32,000 nucleotides of DNA. Source: Vibrio cholerae ATCC 14035. Lineage in GTDB: Bacteria > Pseudomonadota > Gammaproteobacteria > Enterobacterales > Vibrionaceae. A program made the translations under genes and the position numbers. The notes below the pieces were generated by a model. The model searched no databases and was not told the DNA's origin. It was given only the letters and a program-made list of their open reading frames with translations. Where the stretch lies: positions 60,001 through 92,000 of the forward strand of contig NZ_JHXR01000001.1 in NCBI RefSeq assembly GCF_000621645.1. Direction: 5' to 3'. This document shows, one piece after another, positions 29,781 through 32,000 of this stretch (position 1 is its first letter; the number at the start of each line of letters is the position of its first letter).

Positions 29781-30563
29781 TTAAGCGACCCGTTTAAACT
29801 GGGTGAGTACAAACAATACCGCAGCAGAAACCACCACCGACGGACCTGCAGGTGTGTCAAAGTGCCAAGATAGCGCCAACCCACCGATCACACTTAATAC
29901 ACCCAGTCCAATTGCCCAAAACGCCATGGCTTCTGGGGTGCGTGAAAGACGGCGAGCAGTAGCCGCGGGGATGATTAACAGCGAGCCCATAATCAAAGCC
30001 CCGACAAATTTCATCCCGACGGCAATCACCAAACCGATAAGTAGCATCAAGATTAAACGCATCAGGTCAGTGTTGGTTCCTTCAACAAAGGCCAACTCTT
30101 CATTCACGCTAGTCGAGAGAAGGGGTTGCCAGAGGAGATAGACAATCAAACTGACAGTGACGACACCGAACCAGATAAAGGTAAGATCGGATGGGCTAAT
30201 CGCGAGCAAATCACCAAACAGATAGCTCATCAAATCGATGCGGACATTATCAAGAAAGCTCACCGCAATCATACCGAGCGATAGCGCGCTGTGCGCCATA
30301 ATCCCAAGTAGGGTATCGGTCGCGATGAGTTTTTGCTTTTGCATCGCCACTAAAATGGCCGCCATCCCCAAACAGCAGACCAATAGTGCCAGATACAGAT
30401 TGATGTCGAGTAAAAAACCGAGCGCCAGACCCAGTAGTGAGGCGTGAGCAAGGGTATCACCAAAATAAGCCATTCTGCGCCAAACCACGAAAGATCCGAG
30501 AGGGCCAGCAATAATGGCAATTCCGAGGCCAGCAAGAAGAGAAGGTAGAAGAAGTTCAATCAT
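29781..30563 (-). CDS. znuB: zinc ABC transporter permease
   Basis: [45 protein letters not shown] matches ZnuB. The ATG at 30563 overlaps the znuC stop (ATGATTGA). The track's longer ORF reads through the znuC 3' end. Confidence 0.92.
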   Translation of the reverse strand: MIELLLPSLLAGLGIAIIAGPLGSFVVWRRMAYFGDTLAHASLLGLALGFLLDINLYLALLVCCLGMAAILVAMQKQKLIATDTLLGIMAHSALSLGMIAVSFLDNVRIDLMSYLFGDLLAISPSDLTFIWFGVVTVSLIVYLLWQPLLSTSVNEELAFVEGTNTDLMRLILMLLIGLVIAVGMKFVGALIMGSLLIIPAATARRLSRTPEAMAFWAIGLGVLSVIGGLALSWHFDTPAGPSVVVSAAVLFVLTQFKRVA

Positions 30564-31344
30564 GTTTGTGGTGACCATGTGAATGATGTGAGCAAACACT
30601 CGCTTTTCCTTTGACTGGTAAGCCAGATAAATCGTGGTGGTGGTGCTCGTGGTGGTGTTGATAAAAAGCCAGCGTGTCTCGGCTTCGATGGCCAAACATC
30701 GCTAAATAACTCGGGTGTTTGGCGATGCTCTCCGGCGAGCCAGAGCAACAGACATGGTGTTGTAAGCAGATCACTTCGTCGGTTTTGGCCATCACCAAAT
30801 GTAAATCGTGAGAAACCATCAACACAGCGCAGCCAAAGCGGTTACGCAAGGTGTGGATCAGGTCGTATAAGTCAATTTGTCCTTGTACATCAACCCCTTG
30901 AGCAGGCTCATCGAGCACAAGCAAGTCGGGTCTTTGTAATAAAGCTCTGGCGAGCAATACACGCTGTGTTTCACCGCCGGAGAGTTTATGCATATCACTA
31001 CTTTGAAGATGCTCACCTCCCACTAGGCGTAAGGCTTCCGATAGCTCTTGGGTACTAAAACGGCCAGCCAGTTTTAAAAAGCGGTTCACCGTCAGCGGTA
31101 ATGTGTCATTGAGTTTGAGTTTTTGTGGAACATAGCCGATACGAATTCCCGATTGGCGAATGATTTTTCCTGAACTCAATGATTGTAATCCTAAAATGAC
31201 TTTCACTAAGGTTGATTTTCCTGCACCGTTGGGGCCGATAAGCGTTGTAATATTGCCTTTGGTGAGAGTTAACCGGATATTGTCAAGCACACGTCTTTGT
31301 TCAAAGTCGACGCATATGTCTTGCAATTCAATCAGAATAGCCAT
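30556..31344 (-). CDS. znuC: zinc ABC transporter ATP-binding protein with a His-rich C-terminal tail
   Basis: Walker [10 protein letters not shown], signature LSGGETQR and Walker B LLVLDEP are present. The C-terminus is [12 protein letters not shown]...[12 protein letters not shown]. Confidence 0.95.
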   Translation of the reverse strand: MAILIELQDICVDFEQRRVLDNIRLTLTKGNITTLIGPNGAGKSTLVKVILGLQSLSSGKIIRQSGIRIGYVPQKLKLNDTLPLTVNRFLKLAGRFSTQELSEALRLVGGEHLQSSDMHKLSGGETQRVLLARALLQRPDLLVLDEPAQGVDVQGQIDLYDLIHTLRNRFGCAVLMVSHDLHLVMAKTDEVICLQHHVCCSGSPESIAKHPSYLAMFGHRSRDTLAFYQHHHEHHHHDLSGLPVKGKASVCSHHSHGHHKHD

Positions 31345-31368
31345 GGAATAGAACTCATTTGCAAAATG

Positions 31369-31391
31369 GTTATGTTATAAAGTAACATTCA
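31369..31391. promoter_or_regulatory. Zur box in the znuC / znuA divergent promoter region
   Basis: The core ATGTTATAAAGTAACAT (31372-31388) is palindromic. 16 of 20 aligned positions agree with the gammaproteobacterial Zur consensus GAAATGTTATAWTATAACATTTC. Confidence 0.65.
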
Positions 31392-31437
31392 TGCCCAATA
31401 AAAGCCACTAACTGGAGTTTGGCGACCATGTTATCGA

Positions 31438-32000
31438 GATATTTTTTACTTACTGTCGCAGCACTGTTTGCTCAATCAGCCAGCGCAATCGAAGTTCTGA
31501 CCAGCATCAAGCCGATACAGATGATCACTTACGAGTTGATGCTGGGGACGGGGACTCCCGATGTACTTTTACCTTCTGGAGCATCGCCGCACGATTATGC
31601 GCTACGCCCTTCAGATGTAAAGCGGATTCAACAAGCAGATTTGGTTATTTGGTTTGGTCAGGATCTTGAACCCTTCATGAGTAAACTGCTGGAAGGCCGT
31701 ACGTCAGCACTAACATTAAGCCAAGTCCCTAATTTAGCACTGCGAGAATATGGCGAGGAGGAGCAGCATGAGCATGATGGGCACCATCACGGGCATTATG
31801 ATCCTCATTTCTGGTTAGGGATTGGGCCTGTAGGACAAGTTGCAAGTGCAATTACGGCAAAACTGATTGAGCTCGATGCGGATCAGCAGCAGCAGTATCA
31901 AGATAATCTTGTTCGCTTTTTAGCGAACCTTGCCGAGCAAGACAACACGATAGGTGAAAAGCTCAAACCTGTCACGACCGTACCTTATTACGTTTTTCAT
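31438..32000 (+). CDS. znuA: zinc ABC transporter periplasmic binding protein, N-terminal part (runs off the window end)
   Basis: My own translation gives MLSRYFLLTVAALFAQSASA (signal peptide), then IEVLTSIKPIQ...SPHDYALRPSD and the His-rich loop EEEQHEHDGHHHGHYDPHFW. It is absent from the ORF track because no stop codon occurs before base 32000. Confidence 0.9.

Noticed and set aside
29781-30695. 304-aa version of znuB extending into znuC
   Set aside because: The extra 44 codons are an out-of-frame reading of the znuC His-rich 3' end (TTTSTTTT...). ZnuB homologs begin at MIELLLP (ATG 30563), which overlaps the znuC stop.
1-32000. Search for a mobile island, defence system, prophage remnant or compositional anomaly
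   Set aside because: All large ORFs are conserved housekeeping genes with uniform apparent composition. No integrase, transposase or tRNA attachment sites were seen. No repeats long enough to be island boundaries are present, other than the two ERIC-like elements.

Overview
Core-genome window from a Vibrio chromosome. The Fur sequence and the gene order point to V. cholerae-like chromosome 1, inferred from protein sequences only. Almost every long ORF is a recognisable housekeeping gene. In order: aroC (3' part), a UPF0126 membrane protein, epmC, yfcL, an FMN-reductase-family protein, mnmC, fabB, pdxB, asd (second isoform), fur, a hotdog-fold protein, a LysR regulator divergent from cidA/lrgA- and cidB/lrgB-like genes, fldA, a small membrane protein, ybfF, seqA, pgm, a DUF1853-like protein, ybgI, gltA, sdhCDAB-sucABCD, znuCB and znuA (5' part). 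I see no rRNA, tRNA, CRISPR array, transposase, integrase, prophage or recognisable defence, toxin or secretion island. I therefore do not claim a novel multi-gene system here. The parts worth a second look are non-coding or poorly characterised. Two ERIC/IRU-type palindromic repeats are present, one of them 27 nt upstream of the fur start codon. The fabB 3' UTR matches the position of the published sRNA FarS. A LysR-CidAB-like module with a 24-bp near-palindromic operator candidate lies between fldA and fur, which are adjacent in E. coli. An orphan gene shows a PD-(D/E)XK-like motif. The gltA-sdhC, sdhB-sucA, sucB-sucC, seqA-pgm and sucD 3' regions are structured and may carry regulatory sites. 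A Zur box lies between znuC and znuA. Several ORF-track starts were moved to internal ATGs using homolog N-termini and Shine-Dalgarno placement.
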